Source: the human T2T-CHM13v2.0 reference genome, Homo sapiens. Taken from it: 64,000 nucleotides of DNA. The stretch lies in NCBI RefSeq assembly GCF_009914755.1, contig NC_060940.1, one strand, 5' to 3'. Below, piece after piece: positions 19,964 through 35,582 of this stretch. The notes beneath the pieces are model-generated. The model worked only from the letters and a program-made list of their open reading frames with translations. It was not told the DNA's origin and did no database searches. Positions within the stretch are counted from its first letter, which is position 1, and each line of letters begins with the position of its first letter. The translations under genes and the position numbers were made by a program.

Positions 19964-22010
19964 CACTACCTGTGTAATCATCTATTGAGATTTAAATTAG
20001 AACTTTTCTCAGTGTATCACAGTTCTAAAGGTACTATTTATTATATTGGTATCCTAGGAACAGAGTGAAAAAAGGCAAAGAGGTAATTTAGCACAGTCTT
20101 TTTCTACTAAAATCAGAGTGTCTCTCATCTCTGCCTGAATCCACTACATTGTGATTACTGAAATACATATTATAGAATATCTACTTATTTTGTGGATTTA
20201 GGCAATGATTATGATTATTGCTTTTCTCACATCTAATTTATATTATACATGAAGACATTTTGTAAAGAAGTTTTGGTCTCTATAAAAATGAATGCTTAAT
20301 AGAAACGTAATATTATTTTATGTTATTTGAATTGTTAGGTTTAAGAAAATAAAATGTTTTTTAAATCTATTACTTTTAACGACACTGTAACATTTATTGG
20401 TTTTGCAATAAAATAAATCCAGAAAATTGCTGTGATATTACTTTTTATGTTTCTTATTGAAAGTAGGTCAATTAATTTCTAAGCAATGGGGCAATATAAT
20501 TGTCAACTAACAGTGCTCAAGCAGTTAGGATTTTAACTGCTGACATTATTTTCTTTGAAAAATGATAGATGTCATTTAGTGTTTAAAGATAAATTGCTGC
20601 ATAACTGTGACTTTTTTGCTGATAACTTTGCCGTAAGCAAACATAATATGACCAAGAAATTTCAAAGTAAGTTTGCTAGGTGAGCAAATCTAAATTAAAA
20701 AGGGTCTCATATTTCCTCAATCAGATATACTAAGATCAACCAAATGTTGTTTTCAATCTATAATATTAAAGGGCAATTGAGTCTGACTCAAACATCTGGA
20801 AACGTTAATGTTAACACTTAGGAATATGTCTCCCCATAGGAAAATCTTCACTGGCCATGGGCTATACCACATTTATCACAGGTGATTTTCAAAGGGACAA
20901 ATATTGCCTATTTCACAAACAGGTCTGGAATGCAGGAAACTGCCAGAAATTAAGTGAGAGTTTGCACAATGGCTGACCCAGAGGAAGATGTCAGAGTCAC
21001 AGATGGAAAAGGGAGGTTCATGACTCCCCTCTGTTGCCAAGGTTCCCATTCTCAATTCAGAAGGATTTGCAGAGGGGGTGAAGGAATATTGAAGTTTCTG
21101 AGATATTCCTTATGGACCAAGCTATAATCCAGTTATCTATTTACATCAGATCTCAGCTTTTTTTTTTTTTTTTTGAGGAGGGTGCGGGAGGGGATGTGTG
21201 CAGAACATACATATAGGGCTTGTCCTAAAGGATGAAATAAAATTGTGTATGCTATGACCTCTCTAGGAAGCCTCTAAACTTTTCTTATAAATTGTCTTCT
21301 AACTAAAATATTTCTTTTGGTCATCCTTGGAGTACTCCCAGGTGACACACAGCTCAGGCTAACATTTCTACAGGACTGCTGCCTTGATCTCTAGAGAGTC
21401 CAGTGGTGTTCCATACCAATATGTCTGAGAGTCACTGCCAAGCTTCCACCCACAACCTTAACACACAGAGAAAGCTGACACTTTCTGTTATCTATAATTT
21501 TCCTTGAGAAAAACGTGGCAATATGTATCAAAATACAATTATTAGTTTCAATATGTAGAATGCATTACAAGAAAAAAAAAGATGCCAAAAACATTTTATG
21601 TCTGCTGATATTCCTATTAGTCTTTATTATCATGAAAATCTGGTCACAAGCTAAATATCCAACTTTAGGTGACTGGATGAAGTAAAACTGTAATCTTTCC
21701 ATATGATAGAAAAATATGCCAGCACTGACAACCAGATAGCAGGATATTTAATGCCATGGTAAAATATTTGTTTTGTGTGGTCAGGTGAGCAGTTCAGATC
21801 ATAAAATCAAACGTGCCCTACGGTCTTATTTTTTTAAGTAAAGTATTGATGTATTTATATGTATAATTAAGTATAGAAAAAAGCCTAGATGGCTTCTCTT
21901 ATAAGTCTTTTCATTGTTTTATAAATGTATCAATATTTATTTTTCACTTTTTCCATCAGATTTCCTAGAATAATAAAATTCAATTCCCTCTGATGAGCAT
22001 TCATTATTCT

Positions 22011-22100
22011 TTTATTTTTTGAGACGGAGTCTCACTCTATCTCCTGCAGCTAGAGTGCAGTGGCCTGATCTCAGCTCACTGCAGCCTCCGCCTCCTGGGT
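22011..22100 (-). mobile_element. 5'-truncated Alu
   Basis: Right-arm fragment flanked by TSD TCATTATTCTT. Confidence 0.88.
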
Positions 22101-22757
22101 CATTATTCTTACAGTAAGAAAAAATGAATGTTACTAAGTATCTTCTCTGTCCTAGATCAACTAAGTATATACAAGGTGCCAAATACAATTAATAAAATGT
22201 TTTATCCATTCATAGGTTTTTGCAGTACAATTTTTTTTTATGATTCCATTGTCTTATAGTCTCCACTAATAATTTTGGTGTGAATTTATACTGTAAAGGA
22301 AAGGTGACAGCCTTATACAATCTCAGAGCTTAAGTACTATCCACATGCTAGTGCTTACAAACATACACTTTCAGTTGTGTGGTCTCCCTGAGTTCTGCAC
22401 ATCCCTCTTGGGTATCTAATAAGCATCTCACAGTTAACAACACCACTGATTTCTAATCAATCCCAGGGACCCTCCGCCAGGCCTGCTCCTCTCTCAGAGT
22501 TCCTTTTCTCACTTAGTGACACTATCATCCCACCAAACCTCGCTATCATCTTTCTTCTGTCTCCCAAATTTCCAATCCATTAACAAATCCCAATAACCCT
22601 GCTTCCAATATTTGTCTAAATCTATGCACTTCTCAGCTTATCCACTTTTATTATTCTAGTTCCAATTATGTGGTCTTCTGTCTGTATTACTTTCTTTTTT
22701 CATTCTTTCATGCAGGGACCATTTTTCATAGTGAAATCCTCATAAAACATAGATTAA

Positions 22758-23113
<356 letters not shown>

Positions 23114-24170
23114 TAGCTCTGCTTACAGTTTTTAAATGACTTCTTAGTCTACTTAGGAGAAAATATAAACTCTTTACCAGAGCCTACTGGACTTCCCAAA
23201 ACATGATGTATGTTTATCTCTTCCCTTTAGCTCACTTGGTTTTAGCCGACTGACCTTCTGTTCTCTGAGTAAAACAAACTTATTCCTGCAACGGGGCCTT
23301 TACGCCTACTTTGCCTTCTGCCCCAGAAACAGTTCTCACAGGTTTTCCCATGACTCTTTTCTTCTCCTTATTCAACATCACCCCAAACATCTCCCCCTGA
23401 GTGGCCTTCGCCAGGACATTCTTCTTAAATATCTTTCCTTACCTCATCCTGTTTGGTTTTGTTTATAACAGGTGTCAGCTACAATACTGGTTTTGTTTGT
23501 TTATTTACTTTTTCTTACAATGGAAAGCCCATGAGAGCAGGGTTGTGTCTGCTTTATTCACAACTTTAACCTCAGTGCCAGTACAGAACCAGGACCGTAC
23601 TAGAAACTCAATGAACATTTGTTGAGTATTTTGAATGAATTAATTATTAAAACATTAAAAAGTGCCATTTTCCAAGTAAAAATCTTTTTCTACTTCCTTA
23701 ATGACTCTAATTGCAGACAATTCTAGGTAGAAATGAGGTTCATATTAATGGCAGGCCGAGAAAGGCATTTTTGGGTGAGTCTATGCAGGCAATTTTTGCT
23801 TTTATGGCTGATTTCCTTCCGTATACTTCAATACAGGTATGTCCCTATTGAGAGAGATGGCATTTTTCATAGTATAAAGGTGGACAGTGAACTTAATATT
23901 ATAATAAAAAATAAAGTAAATTTTATACAAACACTAAGAAGTGATCATCTAAATCTACAGTTTAGAATCTGAAACCTATTCCTATGTTGACATCTTCCAT
24001 GGCCCTACTCCTAAATTAATAAATTCTGACTTACAGAAGGCTATTTTCTGAATCCTTTCGTAGCTGACATTGTGGTGGGTGCTGTTACCCATTCCTTGAT
24101 ACTGACAGTACAATGGCCATCCCTGCCAGGGCACGCGTACATTATCAGTAGTCAAAAGTTTGGCAAAGTA

Positions 24171-24546
<376 letters not shown>

Positions 24547-26619
24547 TTAAAGGTGAATGTTTCAGTGACACCTGTGCAAGATAGGACTTTCTGCTCTCCT
24601 CTATAAAAATCTAAATTTCTATCATATAATTCTAGCAGACCTTAAAAGGATAGACCTCAAAGGCAGCGTTGCATTTGATATTCTCTTGCAACCCCAGAAT
24701 GAAACTTAAGCATGAATAATTGGAGATCTGCACACTTCCATAAAGAAGAAAGAATGGGACTCAAGTTCACACAGAAACTAAAAAAGAAAGGCAGGATGAC
24801 TTCCCTCTGCCACCTTGAAAAGGCTTTGAAACCTACAAAACAAGAAATGGGGAGGGGAGTTGCTGAATGGGTAATAAATATGTGAACCCTCCTCCTAAGG
24901 GTTTTTATAATCCTTTCTATCTTGGGTATCTACGTGTTCCTCTGTGAATGTGTTTACTTCTAACTGCACTTCTTATGGAACAGCTCCATCCTTATTATCC
25001 ACAACAGGGTTTCTGTTCTGCTTTCATCTTGTATATATCTTAGAAAAACAACCTGAACAGATGTCCAGTTAATATGTATATTTATGTATTTATAAATTAT
25101 ATGTATGTGCTATTGCACTAGTATATTACATATTTTATATACCTTACTACAACCAAAGAAATATAAAAGAATGAGATGGAATACATATATACTTAAGGTC
25201 TAGGTTTTCTTCCTCCACCCTCTGTGGAATGCTTACCCCACTTAAGAAACCCCTAAGATTTCACCGTGCCCTCACAGTGAGATTGTACTCACTCTTCAAT
25301 GAGAGGAGCTGATTAATGTTAAAGCTCTTTTGGTTTTGTTATCAATTATGCACTTGAATTTTCAAATAATCTAGCTGTACATATTATACTACAGTGGACG
25401 ATACTATGAGGTACCAACTGGACCAGCTCAGCAGAGGCTGGGAGGTTTGACTCATCAGTAGTCATGACACCACTTCTCTCTTAGACTTTTCCAGTAGAAT
25501 TTATTTTTGGTTTTGACAGCAAGGGTGACAGCTCTGTTCTCTATAGGTATCTATGGTAGAATAAGCATTATTACCTCGCAGAAGGGAGAAGTCTATGGTA
25601 TTTGACACCAACCCCCAAGTCCTTCTTACACATCCTCTCCTTGAGATATAGGGACTCTTGTGAAAAATGGAAACCCAGGAACTGGCTCTGCATAAATTTA
25701 AGCTTCGTCTTGGCAGGACAATTATGAGAAGCCTACCACTGACTCTGAAATATGTTGTATGCAATAAAAACTCTGTACTATTTAGGTGTTGTTTCTGACC
25801 CACGATACTAGAAATAAGCATCAACTACCCATACAAAGTTTTGCTTAGGAAAAATGAAAGTATATTCAAATACAAATTTTTATAAAATGACCATTAACTA
25901 AAAAGAAAAGCCTTCCTTTCCCCAAACATCAATAGATGCAGAGTGGAGGATAATATTTACAACATGCAACATAATGTTTGGTTCTAATTAATAGACTATT
26001 TCAATGAAATATTATTTTGATAAATATGTTCATGCTTCATTTGCCATGTATTAAAAACAGCAATACACATTCACTTGATGAAAAATATTATTGAAGATAA
26101 GACAGAAGTATTTCATAAACAACCATTAGGTAGATTATAAGATAACATACGAAAGGTGATATTGTAAATCAATATTAGAAACACATATTCTTCATCTATG
26201 ACCTAACTTGTATTGAAATGCTGCAAAAACCTTAGAGCAACATTCAGAGAATTACCTGAAAGATAACTCTGGCATCTTCCATGGCCTTACATGTGTTTTC
26301 TTTAATGGTCACAGTGATTCCCATGTTCAAAGTTATTCACTGAGGACAACGCATGTCCTGAGATTCTCATCATTGAAAGGCCGAGGCTGAGGCTTGCTTT
26401 TCACATATACAGATTGTCCAACATTAAATTACCGCTGCATATTGACTGCATACAAAAATCATTAAACTAAATCTTTCCAAAAGTCCTGATGCAAATAATG
26501 TGCTACAATATTTTAGGTAGGATTATCTGATAGGATTAACAAATTTATCAAGTATAACAGAAAGTAACCACTTATTATTTATTATTGGCTATACCAAAAA
26601 ATATAGGATCAGGACTTAC

Positions 26620-26740
26620 CTGAATAACATGCTTCAGTTTATCAATAATCTGATTTATCACAGGATCAGTTCCTTTGACTTTGACTTCAGGAGTTCCAGA
26701 CTGGGCTTTGATTCCATTTCCAACCACACGCTGAGTATAA
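26620..26740 (-). pseudogene. GPC5: Isolated GPC5 (glypican-5) coding exon
   Basis: CCCTTTGCTAG|T TAT ACT CAG... translates to YTQRVVGNGIKAQSGTPEVKVKGTDPVINQIIDKLKHVIQ|GTAAGT, against recalled GPC5 YTQRVVGNGIKAQSGNPEVKVKGIDPVINQIIDKLKHVVQ. 121 nt, open frame, canonical splice sites. Confidence 0.93.
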
Positions 26741-27142
26741 CTAGCAAAGGGAAATGTGGAAGATATATGACTTAGTACCTGATCAGAGTATTATCTGCCA
26801 CAGCTATCTGAACATAGTTGAGGTCAGAATTTCCTCCTTTAGAGAATACACCAATGTATTTTTTTCTTGGAACAGAAACTGGCACAGCTATAATGTTTTT
26901 CCAGGTAAAATGCTAGAATGTTTATCGTGCCATTAGATCATTCTAAAAATAATGTTATTCTCTCAATGGACCCAACCAAAAATTACTTGTTTTTTAATAC
27001 TACTTAACAATATGCTACAAAGAGTTAACATATATCTCACTTTGTTACCAGTTCTTGCTGAAGTATCCGTATGTCTGTACCCCTATGGTCTGGGTCAGCT
27101 TATTTTAGGCAGTCCCAATCTTATGTTTTAAATATTAGGCTA

Positions 27143-27435
27143 CTATATATGTGTGTGTGTGTATTTATATAGAATACATATATAGACTATATATAGAATT
27201 ATATATAGAATATATAGAGAGAATATGTAGAGAATACATAGAGAATATATAGAGAGAAGACATAGAAAATATATATAGAATATATAGAGAATAAATATAT
27301 AGAATATATAGAGAATATATATATATATAGAATATATATAGAGAATATATAGGATACACATAGAGAGAATATATATATAGGATATATAGAGTATATATAT
27401 ATATGGAATATATATATACACACACATTATATATA
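27143..27435. repeat. Complex TA-rich low-complexity repeat ((TA)n/AGAATATAT units)
   Basis: Direct reading. Confidence 0.95.
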
Positions 27436-28664
27436 TTTCCTAATTAAGTCCTTCAAGAAATAAGTGATTAAACTTTTTAATAATGATAGTATCAATTGGA
27501 CATGATAAAAAATAATATTATTAATAAACTCTTTGATTTTTAAAATAACCTTGAGCCCATTTTTTGTAGGCATAGAGGGGCTTAGAGATAAGAATTTCAG
27601 TATCCATCAGGGATTTGGCAGTATACACCAATAACAAATAGTAGAAGGAAAACAGTTATATCTATTTTGTTAATGTGTAATAATATTCTTTATTTTAGAA
27701 AAATAAAATTATACATAGTATAACCATATGCAATATATAATATGTAAACATATATATAACTGTACAAGTCAATATCATAAACTATAACTGTACAAATTAA
27801 AATCATCACATTTATAAGCAACTAAAATACGCAAAGTATTTCCTAAGTAGAGGAAACAATCCGCTTTCACCTAGGTTCACCTAAACAAAGATCTGGTAAA
27901 TCATGTGGTATGTAAAAGGGTCATTTCACAGGTGGTGAAAGCCATTTGAAATTTCACTACCTTCCCCAAATTACAATCATATGTCAACTTAGAATTAATA
28001 AAAATATTTAAATTCATTAGTCACAAAGATGTCTTAAGTGCATGCTATATTCCAAGTCCTGTACGAGGTCTTTAGGATTATAAGAAGGTGTAAGACTCAA
28101 TTTTTGTCCTCATAATGCTTATTACTTAACCAAGAATATAATATATTAATTAACTCATTCATTTGTATGTTTATTCATTACATTTTATTACACTTAAAAA
28201 ATACCATAGTTTTCAGCCATGCGAATACCCTTGTTTGCCTGACAGAATAGTGAAATATAAACACAACTGAACCGTTAAAATACAACATTATGAAAGTAGC
28301 TGGAAGGAACTGCACGTGCCAAGTGTGAGGAAAAATAAGACAAGTAGTAGATATTCTGGATATAGAGAAGTCCATTTGGACTCAGACACTAGGGAAAAAC
28401 TAAAGGAGAAGTTATAACTTGAGGTAGCCTTGGATGTATTGAGGTAAGAAGAGGACATCTATGGTATGGTTAATGAGAACTTCAGGGCAAACGATGTCAT
28501 CCTAGCAAGGAAAACGGCAAAGGTACGTGAACAAGGCAGACAGGGAGAACGGACCTCTATTTACAAAGCAGAGAGTACAAACGGTGGAAAGCAATGGATA
28601 GAGGGCCACATCCTGAAGATTCCACCGTGAATGTTGAAGACTCTCCACTGAGTGGTATAATGGG

Positions 28665-28850
28665 CTCTGGAGATTCGTAAGGGGGAAGTTGGCAGGCGGG
28701 TGAGGGATTAAAAAAGCTACATGTTTGGTACAATGTACACTACTCAGGTGACAGGTGCAATAAAATCTCAGACTTCACCACTATACAAGTTATCCACGTT
28801 ACTTAAACCACTTGTGTTCCAAAAGCTATTGAAATAAGACATTTAAAAAG
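28665..28850 (+). mobile_element. Old L1 3' end (L1PB/L1MA-like)
   Basis: GGTACAATGTACACTACTCAGGTGACAGGTGCA...CTCAGACTTCACCACTATACAA...GCTATTGAAATAA. Confidence 0.8.
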
Positions 28851-29137
28851 TTAAAACAAAACACTATCATCTGAGTAATTTGTTTGCTTACATTAAATAT
28901 CATAATACTTTTCAGCAAAAAAATATTTTAATGTAACTTTCATTCCCTATATTTGAGCAGAGTACTGCACTATCCATAAACACCCTCTGAATTTTCTACA
29001 GTAATGGAAAAAATCTTTGAAAAACATAAAAGAAGGTTCTATGTTTGAGAATATGGCTATATGAAAGGGGTTTCAAGAAATATCCAGTTCTTCCCAAGAC
29101 GATGTACTTCCAGTGACCAGTTTTAAGAAGTGGAACA

Positions 29138-29450
<313 letters not shown>

Positions 29451-29676
29451 CTAGGTCCTTCAAGTAATAATAAGTGATTAAACTTTTTGATAATCATAAT
29501 ATCAATTGGACATGATAAAAATAATATTAATAAATCTTTCGATTTAAAAAATAACTTTGAACCCACTTCTTTTTGTAGGCATGGGGGGAGCTTAGAGTTA
29601 ACTATTCCAGTTTCCGTTAGGGATTTGGCAGTATACATCAATAACAAATAGTAGAAGGAAAATAATTATACCTGTG

Positions 29677-29680
<4 letters not shown>

Positions 29681-29771
<91 letters not shown>
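29681..29771. repeat. (TA)n(GA)n compound microsatellite
   Basis: Direct reading. Confidence 0.97.
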
Positions 29772-29775
<4 letters not shown>

Positions 29776-30011
29776 GTTTCTTAAATTATCTGTAGCACTG
29801 CTATGTTATTCTTTACTCTCCCAATACCCCAAGTAGATTGCATATGTGGCTCTTTTATTAATGTGTTGAATATTCATAATGATAATGAATAATATGAATA
29901 AATAAATCGATAAGTGCATAACTATGATTTAGGCATTGCTTTACTCTATCTGGAGATTTCCATTCATAATAAACATCTTTTAGTGACCGTGAGTAAGAAA
30001 CTCATAGAACT

Positions 30012-30771
30012 TCATTAGAGAAATGCAAATCTAAACCACAATGAGATACCATCTCACTCCAGTTAGAATGACAATCCTTAAAAAGTCAGGGAACAACAGA
30101 TGCTGGAGAGGTTGTGGTAAAATAGGAATGCTTTTACACTGCTGGTGAGAGTGTAAATTAGTTCAACCATTGTATGGAAGACAGTGTGGCAATTCCTCAA
30201 GGATCTAGAACTAGAAATAGCATTTGACCCAGCAATCCCATTACTGGGCATATACCCAAAGGATTATAAATCATTCTACACATTCTCACGTATGTTTATT
30301 GTGGCACTATTCACAATAGCAAAGACTTGGAACCAACCCAAATGCCCATCAGTGATAGACTGGACTAAGAAAATGTGGCACATATACAACATGCAATACT
30401 ATGCAGCCATAAAAAGGATGAGTTCATGTCCTTTGCAGGGACATGGATGAAGCTGGAAACCATCATTTTCAGCAAACTATCACAAGATCAGAAAATTAAA
30501 GTCTGCATGTTCTCACTCATAATTGGGAGTTGAACAATGAGAACACATGGACACAGGGAGGGGATCATCACACACTGGGGCCTGTGGGGGGTGGGGGGTG
30601 GGGGGTAGGGGAGGGATAACATTAGGAGAAATACCTAATGTAGGTGTCGGGTTGATGGGTGCAGCAAACCACCATGGCACGTGTATACCTATGTAACAAA
30701 ACTGCAAGTTCTGCACATGTAACCCAGAGCTTAAAGTATAATTTAAATAAATAAATAATAAATAAATAAAT
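30012..30771 (+). mobile_element. 5'-truncated L1PA (ORF2 end and 3'UTR)
   Basis: ORF 30184-30450 (WQFLKDLELEIAFDPAIPLLGIYPKDYKS...) matches the L1 ORF2 C-terminus. L1PA 3'UTR, (TAAA)n tail, TSD AAACTCATAGA at 29998 and 30772. Confidence 0.95.
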
Positions 30772-30799
30772 AAACTCATAGACCTCAAAGTATGGGAAG

Positions 30800-31178
30800 C
30801 CTAACTGCCTACGGCCACTTGCTGCTTCACTCTAAAATCTGTTTCTGCATCTGCCCCTCAGTCAATGACTGAGGGCCACAAGGTGGCTAATGCACATCCC
30901 TCTTTAGGAGACACAGGGCTTCTCTGAGGACCAGTCTTGGCTCAGGATTCCTGAAGCCTTTTCGTACCCTTCCTTAGACTGCACATTACGCTCCAATGCT
31001 TCCACTCAACCTTCCTTTCCTCTTTCCTTCATTCTAGGTCAGACTTGCCTCATAGTTGAGAGCTCTTCCAGGCTTACTCAGCTTCCTCTCCATTTTCTCT
31101 CACAGGGATTTCCCTTAATAAAATCCTCTTGTGTATAACTCGTTTTCAACATCTACCTCTTGGAGGACCTGGACTAAC
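30800..31178 (+). mobile_element. Old ERVL-class LTR fragment
   Basis: AATAAAATCC...CATCTACCTCTTGGAGGACCTGGACTAAC end resembles ERVL LTRs; subfamily uncertain. Confidence 0.5.
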
Positions 31179-31496
31179 CCACCATATAATATCTGTATTA
31201 TAATTACTTCCATTCTACAGGTTGAGAATCTGGGATCTGGAGAAGTTAAGTAACATAAGTTACTCAAGTAAGGCCACACAGTGTATATAAAGTGTGCTGC
31301 AAGGAGTTAAACCCAGGGAAAGCGCACTCCAAAATAGAACCATCAATAAGTGTCAATCCTGAAACCAACTAATAAAAGGTAAAGATACAATTAGCTTGGT
31401 GCAAAAATGTTATTTTTTTCTCTAATTACATTTTCTAAGGCTTCACTGGTTGTAGTTAAGAAGGGATGAATGATTTTCATCAAAACTCTCCTCAAC

Positions 31497-31680
31497 AAGC
31501 TGGGTTTGGTGGCATGCACCTGTAGTCCCAGCTACTCAGGAAGCAGAGGCAGGGCGATCATGTGAGCCCAGGAGATTAAGGCTGCAGTGAGCTGTGATTA
31601 CATCTCATTGACCATGTGACTATGAGTATAAAACTCATAGACCTCAAGCCTGGGCAACAGAGCAAGACTCTGCCTTAAAA
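31497..31680 (+). mobile_element. Alu right monomer (FRAM/AluJ) with an internal foreign insert
   Basis: GCACCTGTAGTCCCAGCTACTC...GCTGCAGTGAGCTGTGAT [insert] AGCCTGGGCAACAGAGCAAGACTC. Confidence 0.85.
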
Positions 31681-32249
31681 AGTAAAACTAAGCAAAACAA
31701 AACAATCCTCCTCAACAAATGGTTGCATATAACCAGCTAAACAGTAATATAACAGTTGTTGGCAGGGTGAGAAGAAACTAGCAGACTGTAGGTTTGTCAT
31801 ACTGTTTTTCTGTTCCTGCAGAAACACAGATATAATATAGGCAATGAAAACTGAGACTCATCTCTTAATTTCAGTTAAGCTATTAATTGATTTACATCAT
31901 TTACTTACAGGCCAGAAAAGTTTCTTTCAAAAGGCAGGAATGTTGTTTCATGTTAATCTAAGGACTTGCTTACCTTTTGTTTCTGTTCTTAATGATCACA
32001 GTTACTAATACAGTAAAATAATATTTAGATAAAATACATTAGAATTATAGCTGATCAAAAATCTCATTCCAAGCTGTTATATTGTTGACTATCTCACAAT
32101 CACTCTTCTTATGAATCATGTAAATAAGGGAAAATACTGCAAAGTAGACACACATTACTTCAAATGAAATATGATTTAATAAAATCAGTTATTCTTTGCC
32201 AATTTTGTAATGTTCAAAATAACCACAATTGAAATAGTGACACATACAC

Positions 32250-32830
32250 ATCAGAACAGTTCAAATGAAAAAGAGAAATGATACCAAGTGTTGGCAAAGA
32301 TGTGGAGCAACTGGAACTCTCTCCCATTGTGGATGAAAATGTAAACTGACGGACACCACCATTTCCCATGTGTGCTAAATCTAACCATATTCTATGACCC
32401 TGAGCATATACGCAGCAATATTTACCAAAAGACAAATACATGAATGCTCAGAGAAGCACCGTTCAAAATAACCACGAATTGAACATTATATTTGTATAAT
32501 GGTATAGTATATAGCAATGAGAACTAACAAGTTACAACTATATGCAAAAAGATTGACAAATCTTATAAACTAAATATTGAATGAAAGAAGCAAGATACAG
32601 AACATATTCTATGATCTAATCCACTAAAAATTGTAAAACTAATCAGTTATGTTCCAAATCACCATAGGAGCTACCCTATGAAATAGTGTCTAGAAGAAGT
32701 AATAATATAAAATTTCATGATTTGAGTGCTGGATACGCAGAAGGGCTAAGTTTGTTTAAAAACAAAAAAAGTATTGGGCTGTACAGTTAAGATTTGGGTA
32801 TTTTACTGTTTGTACGTATTTTCAGCCTTA
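32250..32830 (+). mobile_element. Ancient L1ME-like fragment
   Basis: ATACCAAGTGTTGGCAAAGATGTGGAGCAACTGGAACTCTC is an L1M ORF2-end motif. Confidence 0.7.
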
Positions 32831-33120
32831 GAAAATTATGTTAAAAAGTCTTTATGCTCTTTTTCTTAATATATTTACCATAGACAAATTTTCATTAAGC
32901 CACAGTATAAATAAAAAAGACCCACACCAGTATTTTTAACATGACGTGGATGAAGTGGTTCTGTCATCATTAAATGAGTACTTTCGGATCCAAGTCTGAC
33001 ATAAAAACTTACTTCCCTGAAGACTTTAATTTTGCATGCAAAATACACTGTTTCTAAATTAAATTTTTTTGTAACAAAGAGTTTTTGAGTTCCCCTCATG
33101 AAATTTTAATAAATCATTAA

Positions 33121-33569
<449 letters not shown>

Positions 33570-35135
33570 ACAGGCAAATTTTTCGTTGGGGAAGTAGTAG
33601 ACCAACCATCTGTGCTTATTTCTTCTAAACAGAGCTAAGAATGAGTGACAGCAGTTGAACGGGAATACTTGCTCCCCAAGCGCGACTTGTTTTTCATGAA
33701 CAAGGAAAAAAGGCAAAAGCCCTGCTACATTTCCATTCACAAAATTGTTTTCAAATGATGATTAACAAGATCTTAGTTCCCTCTCTGTTGAACACATAAC
33801 ATATTAAAAGGCAGTGCTAATAAATCTATATACGGCACGTAAGGAGGAAGGAGGAAGTCATTTCTCCTGACCTGACCAACTTGTCTTATTTGAAACTGAT
33901 ACCAGGCCCTATTGGCTGACAGGAATTTCACTTTATTTGGAATACAACAGAATTTGGCTCAGATTCACACTAAAAGTATAGTATTTTGATGTCATTAACA
34001 TTACTTTAATAAAGGTATTATCATGCTTTGTACAGCAACCAACACGAAAATGTTAACATACCACTGCAATAAATAGAATAAAAACATGTTCAGAAAGACT
34101 TAGAAACTCATTAAAGAATGGATATTAATCACTTTTCACCCTAACTCCTCATTTGGCGAGGTATGAATCTATGCATTCCAGTTTAGTCAGGTGGCAAGTA
34201 AGTAGTCCCATTGCATTTCATAAAATAAGCTGCTGTGTGAATTTGAAAGATAATATTTCCACATGAAAAACTAATGACTGCACATGTAAAATCAGTAGTG
34301 TTTAGGAAGCTGTCATTAAAAAAAAAAAAAACTACCTAATTAAAAAGTAGCACAAATGAACTTTTGCCTATGTAAAAAAATAGAACATTGCTTAGCCTTT
34401 TCTTAAATCTCTCCCCAATTCTTACCAAGAAAGGATAAATACCTTTATTATAGTCAAAGCTCTGTTTTTATGGTTTTAAATTTTTTAATCTAAAATTCAA
34501 AGCAAATAATAAATCCTTAATTTATAATTATCCCAATTGGATTCAAAGTGATGGTCCAAACATAAAATGATCAGTCATAACTATAATCAATCAGATAATG
34601 CTATATGAGTTTGAAATGTTAATCTAACTTGCCTTTTCCAGGTATGCATTTTAAGATTAAACTCTTCTCAGTAAGATCAACGCTATCCTTCATGGATTTA
34701 TGATGTTTGATAATCACCACGTTGTACTGATTTGCTGTCTCACTTCACTGTTTGATATCAACATATGAAAGTAAAAATGCTATTGAGGGGATAACTATTA
34801 TCTGAGCACTAATAAATTAAATGCTATTTTAAGCCAACAACAAAATTGTGTAGGGTACAATTTTTATTTAACCAACTTTCCATTATAAACATTATAAAAT
34901 TCTGAAAGATCCTAGAATCTTATATAGCTATTTTGTATTTTTTTCAAATGTAATTGACACCAGCAAGAATTAAATTTCATATTTAAAAAGCTTCTGACTA
35001 CATTACAACATACTTAAAAATGACTTGCAAGATATGATAATTCTAAGATTACCAACATATCATGCAAATGAAACACCCAGGTACTTCCTACCAACACATG
35101 ATATAATAAAATCCAGAAGAACTTCTGAATTAGAG

Positions 35136-35582
35136 TGTAGTAGTTGCCTAGGACCATCATACCTAATTATCACACACTTGGTGGGTTAAGAGGACAGAAA
35201 TATATTCTCTCATAGTTCTGAAGCCTGGACCTCTGAAACTAAGATGTTGGTGGGGCCATACTCCCTCTGAAGACCCTAGGGAGGAATTCTCCCTCGCTTC
35301 TTCCTGGCTTCCAGTGGCTCCTGGCAATCCTTGGCCTTCTTTGATTTATGACTGCATAACTCCAATTTCTGTCTCCATCTTCACATGACCTTCTCTGCGT
35401 GTGTCTTTTCTTGTATCTTATAAGGACATTTACATTGGATTTAGGGCCCACCTTCATCCAGGATGACCTCATCTCAATCATTGGGTTAATTATATCTGCA
35501 AAGACCCTACTTCCAAATAAAGTCGCATTCTAAAGTTACTAGTGGACATAAATTTTGGAGGTACGGTATTTAAATCACTACA
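35136..35582 (-). mobile_element. MLT1B/C-type MaLR solo LTR
   Basis: ACAGAAATATATTCTCTCATAGTTCTG...CTTATAAGGACA...GGATTTAGGGCCCACC...CTGCAAAGACCCTACTTCCAAATAA. Confidence 0.85.

Noticed and set aside
27143-27427. Tyr/Ile-rich ORFs
   Set aside because: Translation of TA-rich simple repeat.
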